A stretch of 64,000 bases of DNA from Candidatus Dadabacteria bacterium (GTDB taxonomy: Bacteria; Desulfobacterota_D; UBA1144; Nemesobacterales; Nemesobacteraceae): NCBI GenBank assembly GCA_022822065.1, contig JAJECI010000007.1:134346-198345 (forward strand). The letters are read 5' to 3'. Every line of letters begins with the position of its first letter. The stretch's first letter is position 1. Positions 48,154-57,963 of this stretch are shown one piece after another. Made by a program: the position numbers and the translations under genes. The notes under the pieces were generated by a model. The model saw nothing but the letters and a program-made list of their open reading frames with translations, was not told the DNA's origin and ran no database searches.

Positions 48154-49155
48154 ATGAAGCGAAAAACAAACCAAATGGGTGATGGTTCTTTCATAGACGC
48201 TATAACCATCGCAATTCGAGATCTGGCGCAACCCAAGGTATCTGAAGTAAATCCTGTTCCAAAGGATGTACGGATCGACGGCAAAACTTGTCTGATAACC
48301 GGGGCGAACAGCGGACTGGGCAAAGCCGCCGCCATTGAACTTGCAAGGCGTGGCGCAACCATGATTTTAGCTTGTCGGCCCGGTCACACGGAAACATGCG
48401 ACGAAATAAAAACGTTGTCCGGTTCCCAGAATGTAGAAATGATGGAAGTAGACCTCTCAGATCTTCGGTCGGTACACCGTCTATGCGATGGTCTGAGCAA
48501 CCGCAACATCAAAATTGACATTGCGGTTTTAAACGCAGGCCTGATGCCCAAAAGGGCAACTAAAACACCGCAAGGATACGAAGCAATGTTCGCGGTTCAT
48601 TTCTTGTCGAATCGCATCATGGTTGACCGGTGGCTGAAAGACGGCGTGGTCTGTCCATCCAGTCAAGCCGGTAAGACGCCGCGAATCATCTTCGTTTCAT
48701 CTGAGGCTCACCGGTCCTCTCATACCATCGATTTCGACCATCTCGGGAAATTTACCGACTATGGACTCATGGATGGCTTCAAGTATTACGGTATCAGCAA
48801 ACTTATCTTGTGCATGTTCGCAACCGAACTCTCACGCCGTTTGAATACAGGCAGCGAAACTGAAGTCGCGGTTCACTCAATGTGTCCCGGAGGCGTCGCT
48901 ACCAACCTTTCACGGGGAACACCGTTGATCCTGAAACCTATAGTTAATCCGTTGCTAAGACATTTCTTTCAATCTCCGGAAGAAGCTATTGGGCCGGTAA
49001 CTTACCTATGCTGCGCGGAAGAAGCCGGTACCGAAACAGGAATCTACTTGCATCTAATGCAGCGAAAGTCCGTGTCTCCTACGGCATTGGATGAGGAAAA
49101 CGGAACTAAGTTGTGGGAAGCAAGCGAGTCCTTAGTCGCTAATTCCCAAGAGTGA
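48154..49155 (+). CDS. SDR-family oxidoreductase (retinol-dehydrogenase-like classical SDR)
   Basis: TGANSGLGKAAA, NAGL, YGISK catalytic triad. Confidence 0.75.
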   Translation: MKRKTNQMGDGSFIDAITIAIRDLAQPKVSEVNPVPKDVRIDGKTCLITGANSGLGKAAAIELARRGATMILACRPGHTETCDEIKTLSGSQNVEMMEVDLSDLRSVHRLCDGLSNRNIKIDIAVLNAGLMPKRATKTPQGYEAMFAVHFLSNRIMVDRWLKDGVVCPSSQAGKTPRIIFVSSEAHRSSHTIDFDHLGKFTDYGLMDGFKYYGISKLILCMFATELSRRLNTGSETEVAVHSMCPGGVATNLSRGTPLILKPIVNPLLRHFFQSPEEAIGPVTYLCCAEEAGTETGIYLHLMQRKSVSPTALDEENGTKLWEASESLVANSQE

Positions 49156-49202
49156 GTCCTATAACTAGGGAGATCACATCTTATACATAACGTTGTTTCC
49201 AC

Positions 49203-50219
49203 ATGCCTAACACGTTCTCAAAATCCGTCTCAAAATTCGTAACTCATACCCTACAGTTGCTTACGGGCAAGCCGACGGCGGAAGAAGTTGATATGTCGGG
49301 TCGGAACGTCATTGTGACGGGTGCTTGCCCTAATTCAATCGGTTATGAAACGGCTAAGATCCTTGCAAGCTGGGGTGCTACAGTTGTTGTCACCAGTATT
49401 GACAGTATTGAATTGATGGAAAGCTCTCTGAGGAGAGACTTGCGAATCATCGGCGCTGACGAAAAAAAGATTACGGCCCATATATTAGATCTGTGCGATG
49501 TTGATAGTGTTAATAATTTCACAACTTGGTACCGAAAAAACTACAACGACCGACTGCACGTACTTGTCAATAACGCAGGGATTCACAAGAACATTCTTAA
49601 GCCAAGAGAAAAGCCGCCCATGACAAAAGACGGTTTCGAAATTCATTGGCGAACCAATTTCCTCGGAACTTTTCACCTGACGAGTCTGTTGCTTCCGATT
49701 CTTAAGCAAAGTGGGTTAGAAAGCGGAGATGCGCGAGTCGTCAACCTGACTTCCCACTTGCACGACAGAGTGAAAAACAAGAGTATGTTTAACGATGATG
49801 GAGACTACCACTCCTGGGACGCTTACGCGCTGTCAAAATTAGCGCTGATCCACCTTACTTTCGAGATCCAGAGACGGTTTGCCAAAAAGTACAACCTCCA
49901 ATCGGTAGCACTACACCCCGGGTCTGCTAAGACTAATCTTACGCCGATTGAAGAATTCGAAGGAAAGATCGGGTATCTTCTAAACCAAATCTGTTCCACG
50001 TTCACATCTCTTTTCTTGCTACGCCCAATAGTGGGCGCGCAAACTTCCGTGATGTGCGCTAGCAAATACCCGCTTCAAGGTGGAAGTTATTACGAACGCT
50101 GCGAAGTAGCGAAATCATCCGACGATACAAAAGACCAAGATGTGTCGAAACTTCTATGGGACAACTCAGACGCATGGGTTAAAACCCTAGTTAAGACAGG
50201 CAGAGACAGGCATGAATAG
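49203..50219 (+). CDS. SDR-family oxidoreductase (second paralog-like copy)
   Basis: VTGACPNSIGYETA, NNAGI, YALSK. Confidence 0.75.
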   Translation: MPNTFSKSVSKFVTHTLQLLTGKPTAEEVDMSGRNVIVTGACPNSIGYETAKILASWGATVVVTSIDSIELMESSLRRDLRIIGADEKKITAHILDLCDVDSVNNFTTWYRKNYNDRLHVLVNNAGIHKNILKPREKPPMTKDGFEIHWRTNFLGTFHLTSLLLPILKQSGLESGDARVVNLTSHLHDRVKNKSMFNDDGDYHSWDAYALSKLALIHLTFEIQRRFAKKYNLQSVALHPGSAKTNLTPIEEFEGKIGYLLNQICSTFTSLFLLRPIVGAQTSVMCASKYPLQGGSYYERCEVAKSSDDTKDQDVSKLLWDNSDAWVKTLVKTGRDRHE

Positions 50220-50670
50220 TTCTACTGTACGTACCGACCGCATTCAGATCAACGCACCCATTGACTTCGTTTGGGAAATCCTGACTGACGTTGAAAAATA
50301 TGGTGAGTGGAATCCATTCACATCCCGGGCCAGAACCGATTTTAAAATTGGGTCGCCAGCTCGTCTGTTGGTAAGAATGGGGCCCACAAAATTCAGAATA
50401 ACCGAAACCGTATGTGCATTTGAAAAACCACGCCTTATTTCCTGGAGCAGGAAATTCGGAACTTCTTGGCTCTTGTTTGTGGTGCGAGAGCAACATCTAG
50501 AACCTATAAATGATGAAAGTTGCAGTTACCATAATGTCGACCTGATGAGCGGCGTGCTTTCACCAATAATTTCACTGCTCTTCGGCGGTTATATACGCCG
50601 CGGTTTTACCGATGTAGGCGTGGGATTAAAACTTCGCGCGGAAACTCTGTATCGGGAGATGAAAAACTAA
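50212..50670 (+). CDS. SRPBCC (Bet v1/START-like, polyketide_cyc2) ligand-binding protein
   Basis: 152 aa; pattern INAPIDFVWEILTDVEKYGEWNP; 8-nt overlap with the upstream SDR. Confidence 0.65.
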   Translation: MNSSTVRTDRIQINAPIDFVWEILTDVEKYGEWNPFTSRARTDFKIGSPARLLVRMGPTKFRITETVCAFEKPRLISWSRKFGTSWLLFVVREQHLEPINDESCSYHNVDLMSGVLSPIISLLFGGYIRRGFTDVGVGLKLRAETLYREMKN

Positions 50671-50744
50671 AGATCTGCCGAAATGCAGTGTTCCTCCCCG
50701 GTGTTAAACTGCACCGCTTCGCTGAAAGAAGGAAAAAGAATCCG

Positions 50745-51422
50745 CTAAGGGGAAATCCCGACAAAGCTAATCATCTTGTCCGTACCGGAACCGTCTCTTC
50801 TGTATGAAGGAAGGCCCTGACAACAAGTGCACAGATTCATTATCTCGATTTCCGGAACTCCCGCATCGCAAAGCTCGATTCTGTTAAGTTCCACGAGATC
50901 AAGAAGAAACTTCCCGTCGCCTTTTTCAAGAAGCCAGTCCGCTTCGCCGCTGAACTTTGAGACGAATTGTGACGCCACATCGTCCCGAACCTCGTAGCAG
51001 CATCCCCATATGGCCGGACCTATTACGGCCACGGCGTCCTGCGGCTTCAAAGAGTATTCTTCACAGACGGCCCCAAGGCAGTTTCTAACCGCACGCAGTG
51101 AGGTTCCGCGCCATCCCGCGTGGACAGCGCAAACGCATCCGGAATCGGGAAAGCAGAGAAGAACAGAAACGCAGTCGGCCGTGATGACCCCGACACCTAC
51201 ACCTTTTTGCTGAGTAACGATCGAATCGGCTTCGGCAGGTTCCTCCGCCATCGCGCTGTCGGCGAAAAAAACAGTGTTGCCGTGAACCTGGTTCACAGTA
51301 AGGATATTCTCAAGCCCGTGCATAGAGGCGATTTTCAGGATATCCGGCCCTCCGGGATCATGAACGAAACCGTGGATAACGCCGTTGCACTCCTCAAGCA
51401 GGGCCGAACGAAAAACCCTCAT
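50745..51422 (-). CDS. pgeF: YfiH/PgeF laccase-domain protein (purine nucleoside phosphorylase/peptidoglycan editing factor)
   Basis: DUF152 pattern (HGxxV, CxxH, AGWRG). Confidence 0.8.
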   Translation of the reverse strand: MRVFRSALLEECNGVIHGFVHDPGGPDILKIASMHGLENILTVNQVHGNTVFFADSAMAEEPAEADSIVTQQKGVGVGVITADCVSVLLCFPDSGCVCAVHAGWRGTSLRAVRNCLGAVCEEYSLKPQDAVAVIGPAIWGCCYEVRDDVASQFVSKFSGEADWLLEKGDGKFLLDLVELNRIELCDAGVPEIEIMNLCTCCQGLPSYRRDGSGTDKMISFVGISP

Positions 51423-52375
51423 CAGTTCTGCCTCCCTAAAAAATCGATCACTGAAACCATGTCCTCGGGGATTTCCGCTGAAAGCTCAATCCGCTTTCCG
51501 GTCGCCGGATGGGTAAATCCGAGGCTTCTTGCGTGAAGCGCGTGTCTTTTTATTAACGCTCCCAATACCCCGGAATTTTTTGGGCGACTTTTTTTGCCTC
51601 CATAAACTTTATCGGCAAGCACCGGGAACCCGTTTTCAGAAAAATGAACCCTTATCTGGTGAGTTCTCCCGGTCTTCGGCCAGACACTCACAAGAGTCGC
51701 TCCACGCAGTCTCTCGATTACCTCCCAACGGGTTTCGGCATCTCTTCCAGTCCTGGAAAAAGAGGTCATCTTTATCCTGTTCGAGGGACTCCTTCCTATG
51801 GGGGACCTGAAAGTCCCTGAGTTTTTCTTCATTTCACCGGAGACAATAGCCACGTATTCCTTTTCCGTCTCCCTGGTCTTGAACTGCTCGGAAAGACTTT
51901 TGTGTGCCCGGTCGTTTTTAGCAACGACCATGATCCCGGAGGTCTCCTTGTCGAGGCGGTGAACGATCCCCGGGCGCATCTCGCCTCCTATCCCCGAAAG
52001 ATCCTCGCACATATAAACAAGAGCGTTCACAAGCGTGCCGCTCGTCACTCCCGCTCCGAGGTGAACCACCATGCCGGCGGGTTTGTTGACGACGATTATG
52101 TCACTATCCTCGTAAACAACCTCGACATCGATCTCCTCTCCCTTGATGCCGCAGGGTTCGGGAGGCGGAATGTTAACGCTCAGGCTTTCCCCGCCGTTTA
52201 TTATCCTAGAAGGCTTAAACATTTTGCGGTCAATAAGTATGTTCCCAAGCTCTATGTGTTTTTTTATGCTCGAGCGGCTAAGTTCCGTCAGGAAGCCCGA
52301 GAGGAACACGTCGGCTCTTTGGCCGGCAAATTCCCTAGGGATTTCCGTTACCGTTTTTTCTTTCGCAGGTTCCAT
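51422..52375 (-). CDS. rluD: 23S rRNA pseudouridine synthase, RluA family (RluD-like, S4 + catalytic domain)
   Basis: VVNKPAGMVVH and HRLDKETSG motifs; classic rluD-yfiH pairing. Confidence 0.85.
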   Translation of the reverse strand: MEPAKEKTVTEIPREFAGQRADVFLSGFLTELSRSSIKKHIELGNILIDRKMFKPSRIINGGESLSVNIPPPEPCGIKGEEIDVEVVYEDSDIIVVNKPAGMVVHLGAGVTSGTLVNALVYMCEDLSGIGGEMRPGIVHRLDKETSGIMVVAKNDRAHKSLSEQFKTRETEKEYVAIVSGEMKKNSGTFRSPIGRSPSNRIKMTSFSRTGRDAETRWEVIERLRGATLVSVWPKTGRTHQIRVHFSENGFPVLADKVYGGKKSRPKNSGVLGALIKRHALHARSLGFTHPATGKRIELSAEIPEDMVSVIDFLGRQN

Positions 52376-52384
52376 GAATTTCTC

Positions 52385-53167
52385 TCAGCCGCTTTCCTCA
52401 ACAATAATGACTTCCGGCGGGACTTCGCCGAAAATATCGCATGCTCGCCCCTGGTTGACCGATATTTCTATATATCCCCCGCTTCCCCCGACGATAACGA
52501 TTTCACCGGGTTTCGCGGAAGAATACGATTCCGAGATTCCCGTGACCCGCTTCCCTCCAACTGTTACCACAGCCCGAGCCCCGTCGCTTACAGCCTCCGT
52601 TGGTATGCTGGTTACAAGGTTCCCGAACTTGTCGGTGTAAACGATGCTTCCGCGGATCTCGGCCCCTTTTACCGAATATCCGTCGCTGGGAAGGAGTTCG
52701 GGATCACGGATTTGCGGCCCGATCTCCGAGAGCGAAACCCCGAGCGAGAGATGCGCGGCGACCGGGGAGAATATATCCCTCCCGTGAAAAGTCGAGCTCA
52801 CCTCTTTTAGAAAATAGTCGCGGTTTTTTATTTCACGGGCACTGAAATCTTCACAGGAACGAATGACCGAACTGAAAACACCGTTATCAGGCCCCACGAA
52901 AAAATGACCGTCCGCAAAGAGCGCCAGAGGCCTTCGTCTGCTTCCGACTCCCGGGTCTACCACGACCAGATGCACGGTATTTTTCGGAAAATAGCGGTAT
53001 GAGTTGCCTATAACAAAAGACGCGGCGCGGATGTCATGAGACTCAATGCAGTGGGTTATATCAACCGGGTGGACGTTTTCGTTTACGGAGAGCATAACCC
53101 CTTTCATCGCCCCTACGTAATGATCTCTTGCCCCGAAATCAGTTGTCAGTGTTATAATTCTTCTCAT
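52385..53167 (-). CDS. SAM hydrolase/SAM hydroxide adenosyltransferase (DUF62 family)
   Basis: N-terminal ITLTTDFG...DHYVG pattern. Confidence 0.7.
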   Translation of the reverse strand: MRRIITLTTDFGARDHYVGAMKGVMLSVNENVHPVDITHCIESHDIRAASFVIGNSYRYFPKNTVHLVVVDPGVGSRRRPLALFADGHFFVGPDNGVFSSVIRSCEDFSAREIKNRDYFLKEVSSTFHGRDIFSPVAAHLSLGVSLSEIGPQIRDPELLPSDGYSVKGAEIRGSIVYTDKFGNLVTSIPTEAVSDGARAVVTVGGKRVTGISESYSSAKPGEIVIVGGSGGYIEISVNQGRACDIFGEVPPEVIIVEESG

Positions 53168-53222
53168 CCAAGCCGCTCCGCGAGTAAAAGTATGGAACGG
53201 AGACGGGATTATATCAAGTCAG

Positions 53223-53987
53223 ATGGTGAAACTTACAGTTTTGGGTTCGGGCACCTGCGTGCCCCACAAAAAAAGAGGCTCTTCCGGATATCTTCTCGGC
53301 ACCGATACCGGTTCCGCTCTCTTTGACTGCGGGAACGGTGTGGTATGGAAGCTTGAGAAAATAGGAGTCGACTATCTTGGGATCGACAATGTTTTCATAA
53401 CGCATTTTCACCCAGACCACACTTCCGACCTGATCCCACTTCTTTTCGCTACCAGGCATCCCTACAGGAAGAAAAGAGAGAAGACGCTCGGGATATGGGG
53501 GCCGGAAGGATTTTCGGAATTTGTCGAAGAACTGCGTGTGCCCTACAGGGAGTGGGTAAGACCCGAACTCGTGGAAATCCATGAGATAGGAAAAAAGAAA
53601 CAGAAAATCGGCGACCTTGAAATAAAAGCCTTCAAAACCGTTCACACTGAAAACAGTATTGGCTATATTGTACGCTCCGGCGGAAAGAAAATCGTTTATA
53701 CGGGAGACACGGGTTATTTCCCCGGACTTCAAAAGGTGGCCTCGGATGCAGACATATTCGTCACGGAATGTGCGCTTCCGGATTCAGAGAAAATGGCCGT
53801 TCACATGACTCCTTCAGACATAGCGGAGATTCTTCGGGAAAGCAGTCCCAAAAAAATCGTCCTTTCGCACCTTTATCCATCAATGGACCAAAGAAATCTT
53901 CCGGAAGAAATAAAAACGCTTTCGGGAAACAGCGAAACGGAAATAATAGTGGCCGAAGACCTGATGGAAGTTGTTGCGGGACCATAG
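53223..53987 (+). CDS. MBL-fold metallo-hydrolase (RNase Z/BN-like)
   Basis: HFHPDH motif. Confidence 0.75.
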   Translation: MVKLTVLGSGTCVPHKKRGSSGYLLGTDTGSALFDCGNGVVWKLEKIGVDYLGIDNVFITHFHPDHTSDLIPLLFATRHPYRKKREKTLGIWGPEGFSEFVEELRVPYREWVRPELVEIHEIGKKKQKIGDLEIKAFKTVHTENSIGYIVRSGGKKIVYTGDTGYFPGLQKVASDADIFVTECALPDSEKMAVHMTPSDIAEILRESSPKKIVLSHLYPSMDQRNLPEEIKTLSGNSETEIIVAEDLMEVVAGP

Positions 53988-54039
53988 CAAACGATCAATT
54001 GCAGGCCACAACACGATAGCAACTAAGGGAATAACTTCT

Positions 54040-54579
54040 TCATATTTCATCCAGAAGAGAAAGCAATCTGGTCGTCGTGTTCCAGTTGCGTATTGTCATG
54101 TGCTGGTATTCCGGTTTTGAGCCGATTTTCGAGAATCTGCTCTTTGTGGCCTTTGCGGCAAGACGTTTGAAATAGAGCACGTGTTGCCCTCGATACGCAT
54201 TGTCTACGCCGTCACGTGTTTCGACGGCTTGCATGGCTTTGGCAGGCGTTAGAGGTTTCTTGATAAAAACTACGTCATATCGGTACTTTTCCGGTTCTTC
54301 GCCAAACTCTCCCGGTGCCCTTTGAACGACGCTCTCAAGCCTGCGTTGCGAGAGAACAAGTGCGCGTGCGTGGTACGCAAATCTTTTTGAGAGCGTTTCT
54401 TCTATTTTCCTCTCTAGTGCCTCGGCAGATTCCGAAGCAGTAAAAAGCACGTTGCCGCTTTGTATATATGTCCGCACGTTGGCAAACCCCATATCATCAA
54501 AACACTTTTTAAGATCAGCCATTTTGATGATGTTGTTCCCGCCAACGTTGATACCCCGTAGCAGTGAGACATATTTCAT
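54040..54579 (-). CDS. DUF1697 family protein
   Basis: MKYVSLLRGINVGGNN N-terminus is typical. Confidence 0.6.
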   Translation of the reverse strand: MKYVSLLRGINVGGNNIIKMADLKKCFDDMGFANVRTYIQSGNVLFTASESAEALERKIEETLSKRFAYHARALVLSQRRLESVVQRAPGEFGEEPEKYRYDVVFIKKPLTPAKAMQAVETRDGVDNAYRGQHVLYFKRLAAKATKSRFSKIGSKPEYQHMTIRNWNTTTRLLSLLDEI

Positions 54580-55319
54580 AAATTCCTATCGGTGAAAGCC
54601 TCGTTAGCTTCCCTGATTATGGCATCCGCAATCCCAAGACTGTCATTTGCCTCAGTAACCGGGCGTCCCACGACCAGATAATCGGCTCCGTATTCGATAG
54701 CCATTTTCGGAGTTAGCGCCCTTTTGTGGTCGTTTCTGCTTTTTCCCTCGGGGCGTATCCCGGGAGCGACTATGACGAGGCGGTTCCCAAATTCCCGCCT
54801 GATTTCACGTATTGACTCTCCCGAAGCCACGACTCCATCACAGCCGGCTTCAATAGACCTTCGCGTAAAAACCCGCACGTATTCATCAAGCTCCAGATCC
54901 TCGTTCATCATAAGCGCCCGAAGATCATCCTGATCAAGACTCGAGAGAAAAGTGAGGGAAAGAATAAGAGGCCGGTCTCTTTCGCCGCGGCCTTCCTTCG
55001 CGGCAGCCACTGTTGCCTTTCCGCCGTTTATGGTAACAAACTCCACTCCTTCCGGCACCGCCCGAAGCGCGGCCGCAATCGTACGGTCTATGTCTCCCAT
55101 CTTAAGATCAAGAAAAACCTTCTTCCCAAGTCCCACAAGCTCCTTTATGAAACTCATCCCCTCGCGCATAAAAAGCTGGTAGCCGACCTTGTAGATACCG
55201 ACTCTTTCGCCGAGAAGTTCCACGAGGGCAAGAGCTTTCTCCCTTGAGTCAAAGTCAAGCGCTATTATCAGCCTCTCGCAACTCTGCGGCGAGTTTTCTC
55301 CATTTTTCTCCGGTGACAT
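54576..55319 (-). CDS. pyrF: orotidine 5'-phosphate decarboxylase (start probably MSPEKNGE at 55319; ORF is open to 55400)
   Basis: IIALDF...K(V)GYQLF motif. Confidence 0.85.
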   Translation of the reverse strand: MSPEKNGENSPQSCERLIIALDFDSREKALALVELLGERVGIYKVGYQLFMREGMSFIKELVGLGKKVFLDLKMGDIDRTIAAALRAVPEGVEFVTINGGKATVAAAKEGRGERDRPLILSLTFLSSLDQDDLRALMMNEDLELDEYVRVFTRRSIEAGCDGVVASGESIREIRREFGNRLVIVAPGIRPEGKSRNDHKRALTPKMAIEYGADYLVVGRPVTEANDSLGIADAIIREANEAFTDRNL

Positions 55320-55500
55320 AGCTCGAAAATTCCTTTGTGTTTTGTGCCGGGCCGTTATATCGCTCCGGCGAGAATAAACGGGATAAAGCATACCCGGCAA
55401 ACGCGTGCTGTGCTTGTGGTTACAACCCGATCTACCCCATGTTAACCGGAAAGCCGTTTTGCTTGACCTGCGTTGTCACGGCGTTATCATCTACGGTGAC

Positions 55501-56442
55501 ATGCGAGTCGTAGTCGCTAAACCCAGAGGATTCTGCGCCGGAGTTGAAAGGGCAATAGAAATAGTCGAAAGGGCCCTTGAGATGTACGGTCCCCCTATCT
55601 ACGTCCGCCACGCGATAGTTCACAATAAAAGGGTAGTGGATTCTTTGAGGGAAAAAGGCGCAGTCTTCGTCGAGGAACTAGACGAAATCAACGATCCTGA
55701 GGCGCGAGTCATCTTCAGTGCCCACGGCGTAAGCCCCGCGGTTATCGACGAAGCCAAAAGACGGGGCTTTCAGATAGTGGACGCCGTCTGTCCGCTCGTA
55801 ACCAAGGTCCACAACGAAGTAAGGCACTACTCCGAAATGGGGTACACGATAATACTCGTAGGCCACAGGGATCACGTAGAAGTCATAGGAACAAAGGGCG
55901 AGGCTCCAGACAGCGTTGTGGTTGTGGAATCGGTAAGCGAGGCCCTCTCGGTTAACGTCCCGGACCCAGAGAAAGTAGCCTATGTGACGCAGACTACCCT
56001 CAGTGTCGACGACACAAAGGAAATAGTGGCGGCGCTTGAAAGGCGCTTTCCGAAAATAGCAAAACCCTCGAAGCTTGATATCTGCTACGCGACCCAGAAC
56101 CGCCAGGACGCCGTAAAGGAGCTCGCCGAGATCTCAGACGTCATCTTTATCGTCGGGTCCCCTGAAAGCTCAAATTCAAACAGACTCGTCGAAGTCGCCA
56201 AATCCTGCGGCGTCAAAGATGCCTACCTTATTGAAGACACAGACGGGTTCGACAACGTGGGAACGCTTGAGCGGAACATGACCGTGGGGATAAGTTCCGG
56301 CGCGTCGACCCCCGAGGTGATAATCGAGGAGCTGCTCTCAAAGCTAAAAGACCTGGGAGCCACCACTTTCGAAGAATTCAGCTTGAAGGAGGAGTCCACC
56401 AAATTTCCCTTCCCTCACTCGCTTGAATTCTCAACCGGCTGA
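55501..56442 (+). CDS. ispH: 4-hydroxy-3-methylbut-2-enyl diphosphate reductase (start probably MRVVVAKPRGFCAGV at 55501; ORF is open from 55405)
   Basis: three conserved Cys (GFCAGV, VCPLV, ICYATQNRQ). Confidence 0.85.
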   Translation: MRVVVAKPRGFCAGVERAIEIVERALEMYGPPIYVRHAIVHNKRVVDSLREKGAVFVEELDEINDPEARVIFSAHGVSPAVIDEAKRRGFQIVDAVCPLVTKVHNEVRHYSEMGYTIILVGHRDHVEVIGTKGEAPDSVVVVESVSEALSVNVPDPEKVAYVTQTTLSVDDTKEIVAALERRFPKIAKPSKLDICYATQNRQDAVKELAEISDVIFIVGSPESSNSNRLVEVAKSCGVKDAYLIEDTDGFDNVGTLERNMTVGISSGASTPEVIIEELLSKLKDLGATTFEEFSLKEESTKFPFPHSLEFSTG

Positions 56443-56453
56443 GTTCAGCGAAA

Positions 56454-56750
56454 ATGCAGGAAAAAGCCCTAAGGTTCGTAGCCGACATAGAAGTCCCGGA
56501 GGGGATAGTGTCCATAGACTGCGAAGTGAGAAGCGGGGAAAAAACGGAGATCCTCTTTATCCTTAACAGCTCAACATGCGAGCTAGATGAAGACTCTTCC
56601 GCCGGGAATTTTCGGGATTCTCTTGAGAGCCGAGGAGAAATCCTGGTTGAAGCCGAAACGGATGACCCCGAAGCCTTTATAAGGAGAACTCTCTCCGTTG
56701 CGTACGGACCCCTCGCGGATATAACCCTTACGGATACAGATACCGACTGA
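56454..56750 (+). CDS. hypothetical acidic protein (98 aa)
   Basis: ORF downstream of ispH. Confidence 0.4.
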   Translation: MQEKALRFVADIEVPEGIVSIDCEVRSGEKTEILFILNSSTCELDEDSSAGNFRDSLESRGEILVEAETDDPEAFIRRTLSVAYGPLADITLTDTDTD

Positions 56751-56776
56751 CGGGTCCGGGTACTGAAGCAGTTTCC

Positions 56777-57547
56777 CTAGTTGGCTATCCAGCCGCCGTC
56801 AACGGAAAGCTCAGCTCCCGTCATGTACGCCACGTTTTCAGTGTCGCAGAGGAAAAGCACTGCGTGCGCCATCTCTTCAGGGGTCGCGAAACGGCCCAAG
56901 TGTCCAGTTATCGGCTGAAGTCCCTTCAGATACTCATCAAGCTCCGGGGGCGAATTGTCAAGAAAAGCCTGCACCATCGGAGTCAGGGTAGTGCCGGGAT
57001 TTATGGCGTTTACCCTGATGCCGTTTGCCCCGTACTCAAGGGCCATGCTTCTTGTGAGCTGCGATACCGCTCCCTTGGTGGAATTATATGCAGCGGTACC
57101 CGGTATGGCCTTAATTCCCAGTATAGAGGAATTGTTGATTATTGTGCCTCCACCCTGCTCGATCATATGAGGAATCGAGAACTTGGACATCAGGAAAGTG
57201 CCCCTTACGTTAATGGCAAACACCTGATCCCAGTCCTCAATAGATGTCTCGTGAGTAATTGAGAGAGGAAGCACCCCTGCGTTATTAAACAGTATGTCGA
57301 TTTTGCCGAAAAGCTTCATGGCGTGCTCGACAGCCTCCTTGCAGTCCTCCTCCTTTGATACGTCGCTTACGATATACTCTATATTGCCGGGAGCATCTTT
57401 GGCCAGCTCCGCAGCCTCCGCAAGAGTACTTTCGGTTCTGCCGGTTATAAGAACATCTGCTCCCTGGTTTGCGAAAAGAAGCGCCGTGACCTGTCCTATT
57501 CCCAGACTGCCACCCGTGATTATCGCGGATTTACCCTCAAGTTTCAT
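56777..57547 (-). CDS. SDR-family oxidoreductase (glucose 1-dehydrogenase/FabG-like)
   Basis: TGGSLGIG, NNAG, YNSTK. Confidence 0.8.
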   Translation of the reverse strand: MKLEGKSAIITGGSLGIGQVTALLFANQGADVLITGRTESTLAEAAELAKDAPGNIEYIVSDVSKEEDCKEAVEHAMKLFGKIDILFNNAGVLPLSITHETSIEDWDQVFAINVRGTFLMSKFSIPHMIEQGGGTIINNSSILGIKAIPGTAAYNSTKGAVSQLTRSMALEYGANGIRVNAINPGTTLTPMVQAFLDNSPPELDEYLKGLQPITGHLGRFATPEEMAHAVLFLCDTENVAYMTGAELSVDGGWIAN

Positions 57548-57717
57548 TTTACCCCTCCTTGGTATGTTATTTATGCGGGCGACAAGCGCCCGCAACCTCA
57601 GGGTTAGTTTAAAACATCATGGGTAGTTGCGTCAATTCCCAGATGGCTTTTTTCACCGTCCCTGATACAAGACACGGAAAATACGGAAGACATCGGTCAA
57701 AAGAAAGTGGAAGAACT

Positions 57718-57792
57718 GGTAGCCCCAACGGGATTCGAACCCGTGTTTCAGCCTTGAGAGGGCTGCGTCCTAAACCCCTAGACGATGGGGCC
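57718..57792 (-). tRNA. tRNA-Glu (anticodon CUC), CCA encoded
   Basis: reverse complement GGCCCCATCGTCTAGGGGTTTAGGACGCAGCCCTCTCAAGGCTGAAACACGGGTTCGAATCCCGTTGGGGCTA+CCA. Confidence 0.8.
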
Positions 57793-57907
57793 AAACTCAA
57801 AAGGAACTATCAAGCTATCATAAAAAGAATTCAATTTCAAAAATGCCCCGTGGAGGTATCAAAGGACCTAGCTGCGTTTCGTGTGGTTTTTCGCGGGGAA
57901 TATGCTG

Positions 57908-57913
57908 TATAAT
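57908..57913 (+). promoter_or_regulatory. candidate -10 element (TG-TATAAT) for the pgmB-GH65 operon
   Basis: ctgTATAATt about 50 nt upstream of the pgmB ATG; -35 weak. Confidence 0.3.
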
Positions 57914-57963
57914 TAATCCGCGGCAAAAATGCTCTGGGTGAGACTCCTCTTCGGAAAACGGAC

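Larger units (their letters stand above)
45405..50744. other. compositionally atypical segment (about 43-46% GC against about 52-55% in the core genes) carrying a 5-gene plus-strand cassette; putative horizontally acquired island
   Basis: hand-counted 100-nt windows at 47041 and 49301 against 15001 and 33301; AT-rich 234-nt leader; A/T-ending codon preference. Confidence 0.55.
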
